From NCBI RefSeq assembly GCF_021028975.2, contig NC_059429.1, positions 138,508,001 through 138,572,000 of the forward strand: a DNA stretch of 64,000 nucleotides, written 5' to 3'. The notes beneath the pieces are model-generated. The model did no database searches, was not told where the DNA came from, and worked only from the letters and a program-made list of their open reading frames with translations. The position numbers and the translations under genes are program-made. Shown here piece after piece: positions 39,461-51,200 of the stretch. Origin of the DNA: Sphaerodactylus townsendi (Eukaryota). Numbering within the stretch: the first letter of the stretch is position 1; every line of letters begins with the position of its first letter.

Positions 39461-42400
39461 GCTTGCTCGCTCCCCCCTGGGGGGCTGGGGTGCCCCCTCC
39501 CCTGAAGCCGGCCTGCCAGACTGTTCCTCCTTCTTTCCCTCCCCCCCTCCAGGTGGCCCGTGTGAACTACCTGGCCTTGAAGGAGTTCCTCCGCCTCTTC
39601 CCGGAACACTGCGGCAGGGACTTCTATCTCACTGGCGAGAGCTACGGGGGCATCTACATCCCCACCTTGGCCGTTTGGGTCATGCAGGACCCCAAAATCA
39701 ACCTGAAGGTGTGCAGGGCAGGGGGGAGAGATCTCCTTTTCTTGGGCAGGAGGGGGGCATGGCTCGCTAACTGAGACGTAGTCACGTCCCTGGGAGGAAG
39801 CAGAGGGCCACAACGTCCTGCTGGCAAGAATGAGGCTGCTGCCAAACCGTGTGGGCAGACCTGAAGTGTTGCCAATTGTCAGTGCCTGGGCTCCGGAGGG
39901 CGGTGCCGCGGGCACAGCTAGGCTGGCATCTTGATCCCCGAGGCTCAGCAGGAACCTGCAATTGGTGACGTCAGGCGGCTTTTAGCCTGGAGCTGTGGGC
40001 AGGGCGGAGGAAGTGCCGGGAATTCCTTGGCATCCCAGGACATCAGCCGCGATAGTGGAACGTACAGATGGGCAAAAGCCGATGGTGGTCTTGTGGAACT
40101 CATGGCCACAGTGTTCTCTATCTTCTGTTTCGTTAATTTGTTTTTGTAGCTGGCAGGGTTATCTTTTATGGGTCTGGTAACCGCGACCGGGGAGCTTCTG
40201 GGGACGGCTGCTTGCTGCCGAGTTCTTGCGTTCTTTTCAAAATATTTATGTGCCTATTTCTCTCTAGAACTCAGGATTCAGAGAGGCTTAGAATCTGAAA
40301 AGCCGTAGATAACCTGAGATAAGAGCATGACCGTTCGAAATTCCGCCGTTCCCAAACAAGCCTCATTTGCTTTGGGGTGTGGGGTGTTGTTCCAGCTCAG
40401 AATCCTCAGCAGCCTCACCTGGGAAGCCACCGGGGGGGGGGTTGTCGTGGGTGGGAGACCCCCCAGGAAATCCTGGCTTGCTAAACCAAGGCAGGAAACG
40501 GCAGCTCTCTTTGAGCAGCTCTTGCCTCGAAAGCCACGCGGGGCTGTTATCGCTTGTTTGCTCGCAGGGGGAGGGGGGGGAAGCAGGGCTGGGATCAAAA
40601 AGACCCTTATCTGTGACCTGCAAGGTCTCCTTTGAAGGGCAGAGCGATTGCCTAAGAAGGCTCTCACGGGGCCACGTGGTCCTCTCTTGCCGATCCTGCT
40701 GTCTTGTGTGCTCCAGGGGGTCGCGGTGGGCAACGGGCTCTCCTGCTACGAGACGAACGACAACTCCCTGGTGTACTTTGCCTACTACCACGGCCTGCTG
40801 GGCACCAGGTGAGGCCTCCTCGGTGGGCGGGGAGGGGGCTGCGTGTGCCATGCGGCTCCCAGACCCCTGGGGGGGGGGACGGGGGCCTGGCTCTTGAGGC
40901 TGGCTCTGCTCCTGGGGGGGTCGGAAGAAAAACACTCTGAGGCCAGCAGCAGTGGCGTAGGAGGTTAAGAGCTCGTGTCTCTAATCTGGAGGAACCGGGT
41001 TTGATTCCCAGCTCTGCCGCCTGAGCTTATCTGGGGAATTCAGATTAGCCTGTGCACTCCCACACACGCCAGCTGGGTGACCTTGGGCTAGTCACAGCTT
41101 CTCGGAGCTCTCTCAGCCCCACCCACCTCACAGGGTGTTTGTTGTGAGGGGGGAAGGGCAAGGAGATTGTCAGCCCCTTTGAATCCCCTACAGGAGAGAA
41201 AGGGAGGATAGAAATCCAAACTCTTCTTCTTCTTCCCTTTCAGGCTGTGGACAGACCTGCAGAACTTCTGCTGCTCAAAGGGGAAATGCAATTTCCATGA
41301 CAGCTCCAGTCTGAACTGCACTCTTGCCGTGAGTCTGGGGCGGGGGTCTTGGGGCAGGCTCCCCTGGGGCTTGGCCACCCTCCTGCGCACACTCTGTGGG
41401 GCTGGGGCAGATGCCTGTCTGGTGGGGCGGGCTTGCTCGTGGCCTGGATCCCAGCGTCCTTCTGTGGCTGATTGCAGATGGCGGAGGTGATCCGCATTGT
41501 GGACGGGTCGGGCCTCAACATCTACAACCTGTATGCTCCTTGTGCCGGAGGAGTGCCTGGAAGCTTCAGGTAAGACCAGGTGACTTTCTTTCTGGGATGT
41601 GGTTTGAGCGACCAGCACCTCTGAAAGCATGTCCACTGCGGGGGGAGGGGGGCAGAGGTGGGATCCAGCAGGTTCTCACAGGTTCCTGAGAGTAGGTGAC
41701 TCATTATTGGTGTGTGCCGAGAGGGGGTTACTAAATGGTGATTTTGCCACGTGATTTTGGCCTTAGTTACGCCCCTCCTCTCAGCAGTAGCGCGCAGAAC
41801 TTGGAGCAGTCTAGCAGGAGGTGCACTGGCGTGCGTGGCAGCCTGTGCCTGCGTGCATTCATTTCCCGCCCAAGGGCCGGCGCAGCGGCTGCGTCCTTGC
41901 CACAGCCCCGCCCCCGGAATGCCCGGCCACGCCCCCGTCGTGCCCCGCCCCGCCCAGCCCAGCCCCATTGGCGCCACGCCACAGTTTGAATCCCACCACC
42001 ATGGGAACCTGTTACTAAAATTTTTGGATCCCACCACTGGAGGGGTGTGGCTTGGAGAAGCAGAGCGCCCCCCCCCCCCGCCCGCCGCCCGTCGCCAGGT
42101 AGGAGCTCAGGAGACGTTTGGCTTTGCTTGCAGGTATGAGGACGGGAAACTGGTCACCCATGACCTGGGCAATAACTTTATAAGGCAGTCGGTTAATTAC
42201 GCTTGGAGGCAGGTGAGAACGCTTCCAGGGTGTGGGGGGTGTGGGTGAAGCTTTCCTGTCTTCCAGTGGGCACGAGCCCCCCACCCTCCTAAGTCAACAG
42301 GGACAGAGAGCTGTGATGGGTGTGTGTGGGGGGGGAAGGGGTCTGAACGGCTCTAGGAGGGCCTTGGTCCCGTGCCAGAGCTGCCCTTCTCTGTGAGAAT

Positions 42401-45227
42401 TGTCCTCTGGCCATGGAATTGGCCCCCTGTGGCCGTCACTGAGGGTCTCTCCCAACTTCAGAGCTCCCCCCCTCTGGCAGCCAAAGAAGGAGCAGGAGGC
42501 ACCCTTTAGTCCGGGGCCAAGCTTCCTTCCTTCCTTCCGGGCTGGCTGGTTTCTCTGCCTGGGTGCGTCTGGCTGTATATTTACACCTGGGCGAGGTCGT
42601 GGGGCAGATGAAAATGAAAGTAACTGTTGGACTTTCCCTCCCTTACTGGTGGGAAAACACCATCTGGCTAATGAGGAAGACAGTTGCACAGTAGGAGTAG
42701 TTCAGCCGTGGAAAGGGCTGAACTACTCCTCTCCCCACCGGCAGTCTCCAAGCAGCGGCTGCGCAGACACCCACGAGGGCTGCTCTGGGGTGATCCTGCA
42801 TTGAGCGGGGGGGAGGGGGGGTGCTTGGATTGGATGGCCCGTCTGGCACCTTCCAGCTCTCTGATCCTGCGTCCCCCAGAATCTGCTCTCGCTGCCTGTC
42901 GGCAAGAAGGGCGTGCGGCTGGACCCTCCCTGCACCAACACCACGGCCCCCTCCAACTACATGAATGACGCCCAGGTGCGCAAGGCTTTGCACATTGTTG
43001 ACGATGCCCCCGACTGGGAGATGTGCAGGTGAGGGGCTGGCAGGGACTGCGGGAGGGGAGGGGAGGGGAGGGTGGGGGCGCTGGAGAGGGCCTGATCCTG
43101 ACTGTGTCACGGCCTTCCTCCACGCAGCTTCGACGTGAGCCGGGGCTACAAGCGCCTTTACAGCAAGATGAACGACCAGTACCTGAAACTGCTGGGCACC
43201 GCGGTGAGGAAGGGGCCCGGGGGAGGGTATCCTGGGCTGGAGGGACGGAGGTTGGTTGGGGCCCCGCTCACCGGCTGACTCTCCCACAGAAATACCGGAT
43301 CTTGCTGTACAACGGGGACGTGGACATGGCCTGCAACTTCCTGGGCGACGAGTGGTTCGTGAACTCCCTGGGCCAGAAGGTGGGTGGAGCTGCTCGGGCG
43401 GGGTGGGTGGGCGGGGGGAGGCGAGAGGATGTCCATATACTTGCAGCTGGGCAGTCCAATCCTTCCAGGTCTATTGGAGGCTGGGAGGGGGTCACTGCCC
43501 AAAGAAAGGGCGCTGTGTAGGGGCAATGCCCACACCTGCCTACTCTTGGCTTTTCCAAGAGTGTAATGGTTGAGAGCAGGTGCACTCTAATCTGGAGAAC
43601 TGGGTTGGATTCCCTGCTCTGCCACTTGAGCTGTGGAGGCCTATCCAGTGAATCGCATTAGCTTGTGCACTCCCAACACACGCCAGCTGGGTGACCTTGG
43701 GTTAGTCACAGTTCTTCAGCGCTCTCTCAGCCCCACCCACCTCACAGGGTGTTTGTTGTGCTGGGGAGGGGAGGGCAAGGAGATTGTCAGCCCCTTTGAG
43801 ACTCCTTGCAGGAGAGAAAGGTGGAGGGGTATAAATCCAAACTCTTCTTCGTCTGGGTGGCATCCCGAGGGCGTCTCGCCAAGGAGTGATCTAGTTTGCC
43901 CCACTAGAATGCTCTTGATGCCAGGCTAAACAGGGCGACAGGGTGGAGAGACCCAAGCTGGTGACTGTAGCACCTTGAGACCACCCTGGAACCAGCAGCG
44001 AGGGTCTGCTCTACAGCCTGAGTTAGCCTCACCCTTGGCGGAATCTGGCCGTCCTCAGCGTACCTTCCGCAGCAGCTGAAGAGGAGCAGCTCCTCTTGTA
44101 AGCTCTCTCATAAGCCTTGCTGCAAGTTCCAGCTGCCACTTAAGTGCCGCCCCGCCCCGCCCTGCATCTGCTTTCCCGTGGCCTGTGGAGCCTGCTTTGA
44201 GGCTGGGCTGCCGTTTCCTTAACTGGCCGACCTCTGCGCCGTCGTAGCCGGCCCGTCTAAGGCGGGGTGGAATTGCTCTTTTCCCCCCAGGTGGAGGTTA
44301 GTCGCCGGCCCTGGATCTACACAGACGAGAACGGGCAAGATCAGATTGGAGGCTTCGTGAAAGAGTTCACAAACATCTCCTTCCTCACAGTCAAGGTAAC
44401 GGTGGGGGCGTTTTGTGGAGAAGGGGAGGGGCTCTGTGGTTGGAGCTCCCCGTGACGTGCTCGAAGGGGCTTGCATCTACCTTTCTTGGGGAAACTGAGT
44501 TGTGCTCATCTTGAAACACACACACACACACACCCAGTGAACCCTTGAGTGGATCTGGGACTGCTGGCCCCCGACCCCTTCTGAAGGGTGGAGGTAGCTT
44601 TCTCTGGCATAGGCTGAGGGGCTGGGACCCCGATGGATCACCGACGGAGTGGAGTCCCGTGATGGAACTCCGTGCCCGGGGCAGGCTGGCAGCCACAATT
44701 TGGATGGTTTAGCAACAGAGTGAACCACCGTGGCCCCCCACCTCCTACTGCAGTGGTTGCGAACCTTTGGCACTCCATATGTTTTGGACTACAATTCCCA
44801 TCAGCCCCTGCCAGCATAGCCAATTGGCCATGCTGGCAGGGGCTGATGAGAATTGTAGTCCATGACATCTGGAGTGCCAAAGGTTCGCCACCACGGTCCT
44901 ACTAGGTGTGATGGGAAACCGACCCTTTGCCGACAGAGGCCGCCAACCGTTGAGTTGCTGTCCTTCTGGCCAGGCGCTTTCCTTCTGCCGTCCTGTAGTC
45001 AGGACCAGTCTGATTCTATTGTGAGCCTGCAGCAGAGTACTGAGGCATAGCTGGGGGAGGGCTGGGAGGGGCCCCCTGTGGCCAGAGCCGGGATGGTGAT
45101 GCAGAAATGGCAGTGCCTTAACCCTTGGTGTGCCCTTCCACAGGGCGCGGGCCACATGGTGCCCACGGACAAGCCGCGAGCTGCCTTCAACATGTTTGAC
45201 CGCTTCATCAACAAGAAGCCCTTCTAG
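38476..45227 (+). CDS. CTSA: Cathepsin A / lysosomal protective protein (14 coding exons, ~479 aa): 38476-38654, 38758-38872, 39137-39187, 39338-39424, 39553-39708, 40717-40808, 41244-41328, 41478-41569, 42134-42212, 42880-43028, 43128-43203, 43290-43379, 44291-44395, 45144-45227
   Basis: Signal peptide, [10 protein letters not shown], and the triad motifs GESYGG (Ser), NGDVDMAC (Asp) and GAGHMVP (His). All GT-AG, total 1440 nt in frame. ATTAAA at 45642-45647. Confidence 0.97.
41653..42039. mobile_element. Non-autonomous hAT-like element
   Basis: TIR CAG(A/T)GGTGGGATCCA; 8-bp TSD gagggggg/gaggggtg; a relative lies at 52891-53482. Confidence 0.8.
44751..44896. mobile_element. Palindromic hAT MITE
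   Basis: TSD tcctactg/tcctacta. Confidence 0.8.
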
Positions 45228-45825
45228 CCCTGGGCCGCTTTGCCTCTCCTGCACCCGTGGGTGCTCCATCGCCACCCCTCCCCCAGCGGGGCTGCAGCCT
45301 GTGGTGTCGAGAGGGCGAGGACTGATCCTGCGCTCCTGGCCCCCAGCCAGGGCAGCCCTCTGCACGGGTCCTCCTGCCTGGGCTCCGTAACCAGCCTGGA
45401 CTTCCTGGGGGGCCGGGGGTCTGGCAGGGGCTGCGGGGGCTCTCCCCCCCTGCTTCCTTTTTGCACTTTCTCTGGTAGGGCGAAGGAGCCCCTCTGGAGG
45501 GGGCCCCAGTTCTCCGCCCGAGTTCTCAATCACTCCAGCTGATGAAGGAACCTGGGTCTCAGGTTGACGGGCAGCCTGGCCGGGCCAGGGTTGGACGACA
45601 CCCCTGATTTCTGGAACTCTAGTGGGGGTGTGGGGCATGCTATTAAACTGTTGTCCTAAGGCGTGGCAGGCCTGTGTCTTTCGCTGGTGTCTGAGGGGGC
45701 CCCTTTTGGCCGGGGCTGCTCCAGCATTTGGCTGAGAGGAACCTGGCTGGCCGGCCGGCCACAGTGCAGGAACATTTCTGGTGTGGGAGGAGCAGCCGGG
45801 CAGGTCGAAAAAGGATGAGGAAGTT

Positions 45826-46206
45826 CAGTGTATTGTCGAAGGCTATTCACAGCCGGAATAACTGGGGTGTTGTGGAGTTTCTGGGCTGTAGCATTTTCTC
45901 CTGACGTTTCGCCTGTGTCTGTAGCTGGCATCTTTGAAGATCATAAGAACATAACTAGCCAGCTGGATCAGACCAGTGTCCATCTAGTCCAGCTCTCTGC
46001 TACTCGCAGTGGCCCACCAGGTGCCTTTGGGAGCTCACGTGCAGGAGGTGAAAGCAATGGCCTTCTGCTGCTGCTGCTCCCGAGCACCTGGTCTGCTAAG
46101 GCCTTTGCAATCTCAGAACAAGATCCTCTGCAGAGATGCAGGCAAAACGTCGGGAGAAAATGCTATGGGAACACGGCCATGTAGCCCGGAAAACCCACAA
46201 CACCCC
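45826..46206. mobile_element. PLE fold-back insertion with a CR1 tail at its centre
   Basis: 12-bp TSD gatgaggaagtt at 45814-45825 and 46207-46218. Confidence 0.75.
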
Positions 46207-46404
46207 GATGAGGAAGTTGTCATTTTCTGTTCAGCTGTGGGGAGAAGGAAGAGGAACTCTGCCTTGTTTTCTAGCCCTGCTCAGAGGGGGAGGGAGGCAG
46301 CAGCTGCTGGGGGTTTCTGTTCCTTCTATTCTGCCTGTGGGGCAGCCCCTGTGCATCTTCCATCTGTGGCATCATGAAGGATTGAGGGTGGCCAGACATT
46401 AGAA

Positions 46405-46533
46405 CAGGGGTCTGCAACCTGTGGCTCTCCAGATGTTCATGGACTGCATGAACTACCAATTGGCCATGCTGGCAGGGGCTGATGGGAATTGTAGTCCATG
46501 AACATCTGGAGAGCCACAGGTTGCAGACCCCTG
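46405..46533. mobile_element. Palindromic hAT MITE (CAGGGGTCTGCAACC ends)
   Basis: Perfect TSD cattagaa; same core as the other MITEs. Confidence 0.85.
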
Positions 46534-48268
46534 CATTAGAACAACATCTGGGTCTCCTGCCCTTCTGTAACCCTTGTAGGGATTCTGTCAACTGACTCCC
46601 GACTTAATCTCCCACTAGACTCCTTCTTAAAGAGTCACCTGCAACTATGCTGCAAATTGGGGGCCTCTGCTTTGAAAAATAGCTTGTCCCCACCCAATCC
46701 TGGAAAGTTTCCCCATTAACTAATATAGGAGCCATTCCCTTTAATTAATTTTTAAAGGGAACGTGACCATGTTACCATATGGGGAATCTTGGGGGGGGGG
46801 GGGCTGTTTTTAAATGTAAATGCGCCAGATTTTCAGTGGAGCTGCAGACACCTATTCTTACAAGACCCCCTCCCCCCCAATGGTTGGAGACAATTGGCTC
46901 AGGGTCCAATTTTATGGGCCCCCAAATGGAGAAAAACTGGGTGCCTATAAAATTGGACCCCTGACCCAAACTTAACCAAACTCAGAATTGCTTATGAAGA
47001 GAAGCACCTGCCCCGTGGTGAAAATTTGGTGGCTGTGCCTAAAACACCTGCCCCCCCCCCTCCACGAGCCCCACAAATCCAAAGAAATTCAACTTTTTCT
47101 GACGTTGCCTTTTTGCCCTTATTAAAAAGACAAAACAGCTTGTCCTGGCTTTTGTTTATTTCAGTTTCGGCCTGTCTGAATTCACCCCCCTGTTCCTGAC
47201 GCAATTTACTACCCAAGGTGTGGCTGGTGCGGAGGGGGGGCGGCATCATAGAACTATGTGGCTTAGAATTCTTTAACTCACAAAAGAAATAAGCTCAGTG
47301 CATTTTTTGAAAGGAAGTCCTTGGCCAGTTGACGGCAGCCGCAGTCAAGACCTCAAGCAGAGAAGGAACTGAGATTGCTTCCTCCAAGTATGAAGCAGGC
47401 GGTGCAGAGGAGCTGAGCTGGGGGTGGGGGGCCTATCGCAGTGGCTCCCCCTGCTTGCAATGCTACCAGCTGACACTCTGCATCTTCCAAGAGAAGAGTT
47501 CTTTGGGGGCCGGGGGTGGGTGGGTGTTGAGCATCGGGATTATTGAACATGCTAGTGACACAAAGGAGGCTAGGATTGCTGGGACTGAGGAAATGCCAGT
47601 CGTCTCCCCTTTCCCTTGGGTCCAGTAGGGGGTGGGGTGGGGGGCAGGGTTGTGTGAGAGCATACAAGGGAGGGGGTGCTCCTATTCTAAAGCGGCAGGT
47701 GTTTGCCTGTGAGCTTGCAGAGTCCTTGGAGTCCCAAGGCCCGGATGTTTGCTCTTTCTCCTCTTAAAGCAACCGCTATGTGCAGCTGCAGGGACTGGGG
47801 CAGGTATGAGCCCACCTGGTAGGGGTGGCTGCAGCACGAATCTTAGGCAGGAATGTTAATCTGGCAGCTATGGATTTGTTGTCACGACAGGAAGAGGGGT
47901 TTGGGCTTCTCTTCCGGCGCCCCTGTCCAGCCCTGTCTCTTCTGTTCCCCTGAGCCAGTAGCATAGACAGAGATGCGGGGGGGGGGGGGATTGCAAAGGC
48001 TCTGCGCCCTCTCTTTGGCCACGTTGGCAGTGCCGGTTTTTCTGCTCCCAACCAGAACCTTCAAGTTACAGAGAGAAATGCCCGATTCCCCTGCATGCGT
48101 GAAGCGGCCCCTGACCCGAACACTCCTGTGACCTCTGCGTCTTTATTGGCACTGCTTTCCAGCCTGCTGGGCCGGGGGACAGAGGGGAGCTGTTGGGGGG
48201 GCGCAGGGCTGGGGGGCATCCCCCTCTTCGGTATGGAAAAGAGGTGGGAGAAGTGGGGGGGGTGTTGT

Positions 48269-51200
48269 TCAGGCAGCTGGAGCAGTCGACTTGGGGCCAG
48301 ATCCAGCCCGGTACATCTCAATGACTTCCTTCAGGCCTTTGGAGAAATGTAGATCTGCCCCAATGATGAGATAGCCCTGTTTGGGGGGCGGGGGGCACAG
48401 CGGGGGAGAGAGAAAGAGAGGGTGGATGCCTGGCCATGCTTCGTTTCCACCCCACCACCAAGAAGGAACAGCTGAACCGGGGGGGGGGGAGGGGGCAGGA
48501 TGAGCCCCTCCCGCACTTACCATGTGGTTGGTGACCACCTCCTTGGTGAAGTCCATGCCTTCTGGGAGGGGGACCTGCACACCCTTCTTGATTTTTTCTG
48601 CAGGGAAGCAAGGGGTGGAGGGGAGGGGGTCCAGGGTCAAGCACAGCTTCTGCCGTGGCCCCTCCCTGGTCGTTTAGCCCACCTCACCCCCCCCGCCCCC
48701 TCCTGAGCCGGTTCTCACCGTTAATGAGGGGCATGATTGTCAGCTGCAGCAGGGTCTTCAGAGGGGCTTGGAGTGGAATCAGCTGGAGGAAATGGGGGGG
48801 GGGAGAGTGACTATTTTTATTTATTTTTTATTTATTTATTAAACTTTTATACCGCCCCATCCTCTAGGGGCTCTAGGTGAGAAGGGTGGGGGCTGGCCAG
48901 GGAGAAGAGTCCCTTGCAGGGGTCCTTTCAGGGTAGGTGAAGGTTGCCCTCCCCCCCCCCACACACACACCCTGTTACCACCACTTACTGCCAAGGATTC
49001 CAGGGCTGACTGATTGGAGGAAACTCTGAACCTAAAAGGGCAGGAAGGGGTGTGTGTGTGAGAGAGAGAGCAGAGACCTCCCCATTTTCTCTCTCTGCCG
49101 CCCCCTGCCCCCCCCCCCCAGGCCTGCTCTACCTTCTGAGGTCCAGCTGGACTTGCAGGGACTTCTTCCGCAGGGCAACCCGGGCGTTTAGCCGAGCATC
49201 CTGGAAGGATCAAGACAAAAGCCAGGAATGCCTCTGCCAGTGGCTGCCCACAGAAGCGCCCCGCCCCCCAGAAAGGCTTTATTGACCAGGACAGCAAAAC
49301 ATGCAGCCTGACCCCCTCGGCCCCCCAAAAGACCCCAACTGTCTCCCAGGCTGGCCCAGCCCCATCAGTCTTGGACAGGTAGAAGGGTTTTGGCTCGGCT
49401 GGGAGACCCCCAAGCAACGGCCTGGTCCCGATACAGAGGCAGGAAGCGGCAAACCACCTCTGAGTGCCTCCGGCCTGGAAAACCATGCGGAGTTTTAAGG
49501 TCCAATCGGCTGCAGTGTGGCAGCGCCTTGCAGCTAGCAGGTGCACGCTGGCAGGGTTAACTTACAGTCCTGGGAATGTTTTCATGTGGAGGCTACAGTG
49601 GACAGATTTGTTCCCTCTTGCTGACAAACTCAAGGCACACAGGGAGGAAACAATAAATGGCAAAGGGGAATTGCCACTCAACCCCCCCACTGCTGATGTG
49701 TGGGCATTCTGTCACCCTCCTCCTGCTCCTCCAGGTTTTCCCTACACCACCTGATTGACATGAATGCCTGCTGGCTCTGTGGGCACAAGTGAGCCGAGGG
49801 ACTCCGGGGCAGGGAAACGCCAGCCCCGCCTGGCTTACCATAATCACGCTGGACAGCTGGACAAGGGGCTCGTTGGGGGGAGCCAAGAAGATCCCAAAGG
49901 TGCCCGAGACGGACACGGCTGTGCCGGAGGGCTTGATCACGCAGGTGGGGGCAGCCGTCACCTGCATCTGCAACACCAGCGGCGCATCGACCACAGAAGG
50001 CTTCTGCGGGGGGGGGGAGAGGGAGGGAGGTGTCAATGGAAGCGAATGAGCCTGGGCTGTTTTAGCACCAAAGAGCACCGTCCCTGGACTTTGTGGAGGG
50101 GGGGCAGGAAAGAGTCGTGGCGGTGGATTGCGAGACACACAGGTGGTGCTTCAGGAACCCTTGTGGTTTACCTCTGCTTACCTGGCTCCTACTACAGGTG
50201 GCTGCCTCGGGTGGTCGCACTGTGGCCCGATCCAGCTTGTCACAGCCTACCTCAAGAGTAGACACTGATGGGACGGGGAGGTGCCTTCCTTCTCTGGCCT
50301 GGCTTCTCTCCAATCACACTGTGTGCAAAAGCCTAACTAACCCCTCCCTGCCAGACTGAGAGGCCTAATATTGCTGAAGGAAATGCGGGGGCGGGGGGGC
50401 ACAGTCTGCCCCCCTCACTCAAGTCTAGGGGCAGATGCTAGAAGGGGCCCCCAGGCAACACAGGGAGGGGAGGGGGCTCTGTCCATCCCACCTGCCCTTG
50501 AGGAGACCTGGCCGCGCTCTGCTTCCTCCCTTGAGACTACAGAGGCTTCTTTGACTCTGCCCATGGTGGCGAACCTTTGGCACTCTAGATGTTATGGACT
50601 GCAATTCCCATCAGCCCCTGCCAGCATGGCCAATTGGCCATGCTGGTAGGGGCTGATGGGAATTGTAGTCCATAACATCTGGAGTGCCAAAGGTTCGCCA
50701 CCACTAAGTCTAGCCTGTTCTGGCTGCAGAGTTGGCAGGGGCCTCAATCCGGCTGCAGTCTCCCTGGGCAGGATGCCGTCGACGGCGCATGCTGAGCTGA
50801 GGGGGGGGGGGCAGTTCTCCGGTCCCTTCAGCCTGCCTCCCCCTTTCTCTGTGGGCTGCCGTAGACCCCCAGCCTCCCCGGCCGCGTCACCTACCATGAG
50901 CATGATGCTCCCAAAGAAGGAGGCTCTCAGCAAGACGTCCAAGTCGTTGGGCACCTGGGGCGAGAGGAGAGCTCAGGGCGGGCCTTGGCTCGGCGGCCTG
51001 CCCAGGGGTGTCCCCCCCCAAGGAACGCCCCTCGGCCCACCCACCTGGTCACCAGCAAGCTCCATGCTCAGAGCCCCAGCGCGGTAGTAAGCAAACAGGG
51101 CGGAGTCGAAGAAATGCTCCGAGAGAGAGATGTACACCATGCGCTCCGTCTCCTTGATGAGGGGCTCGGGGGCCACGTTGGGGAGGGTCTGGTTTTCAGC

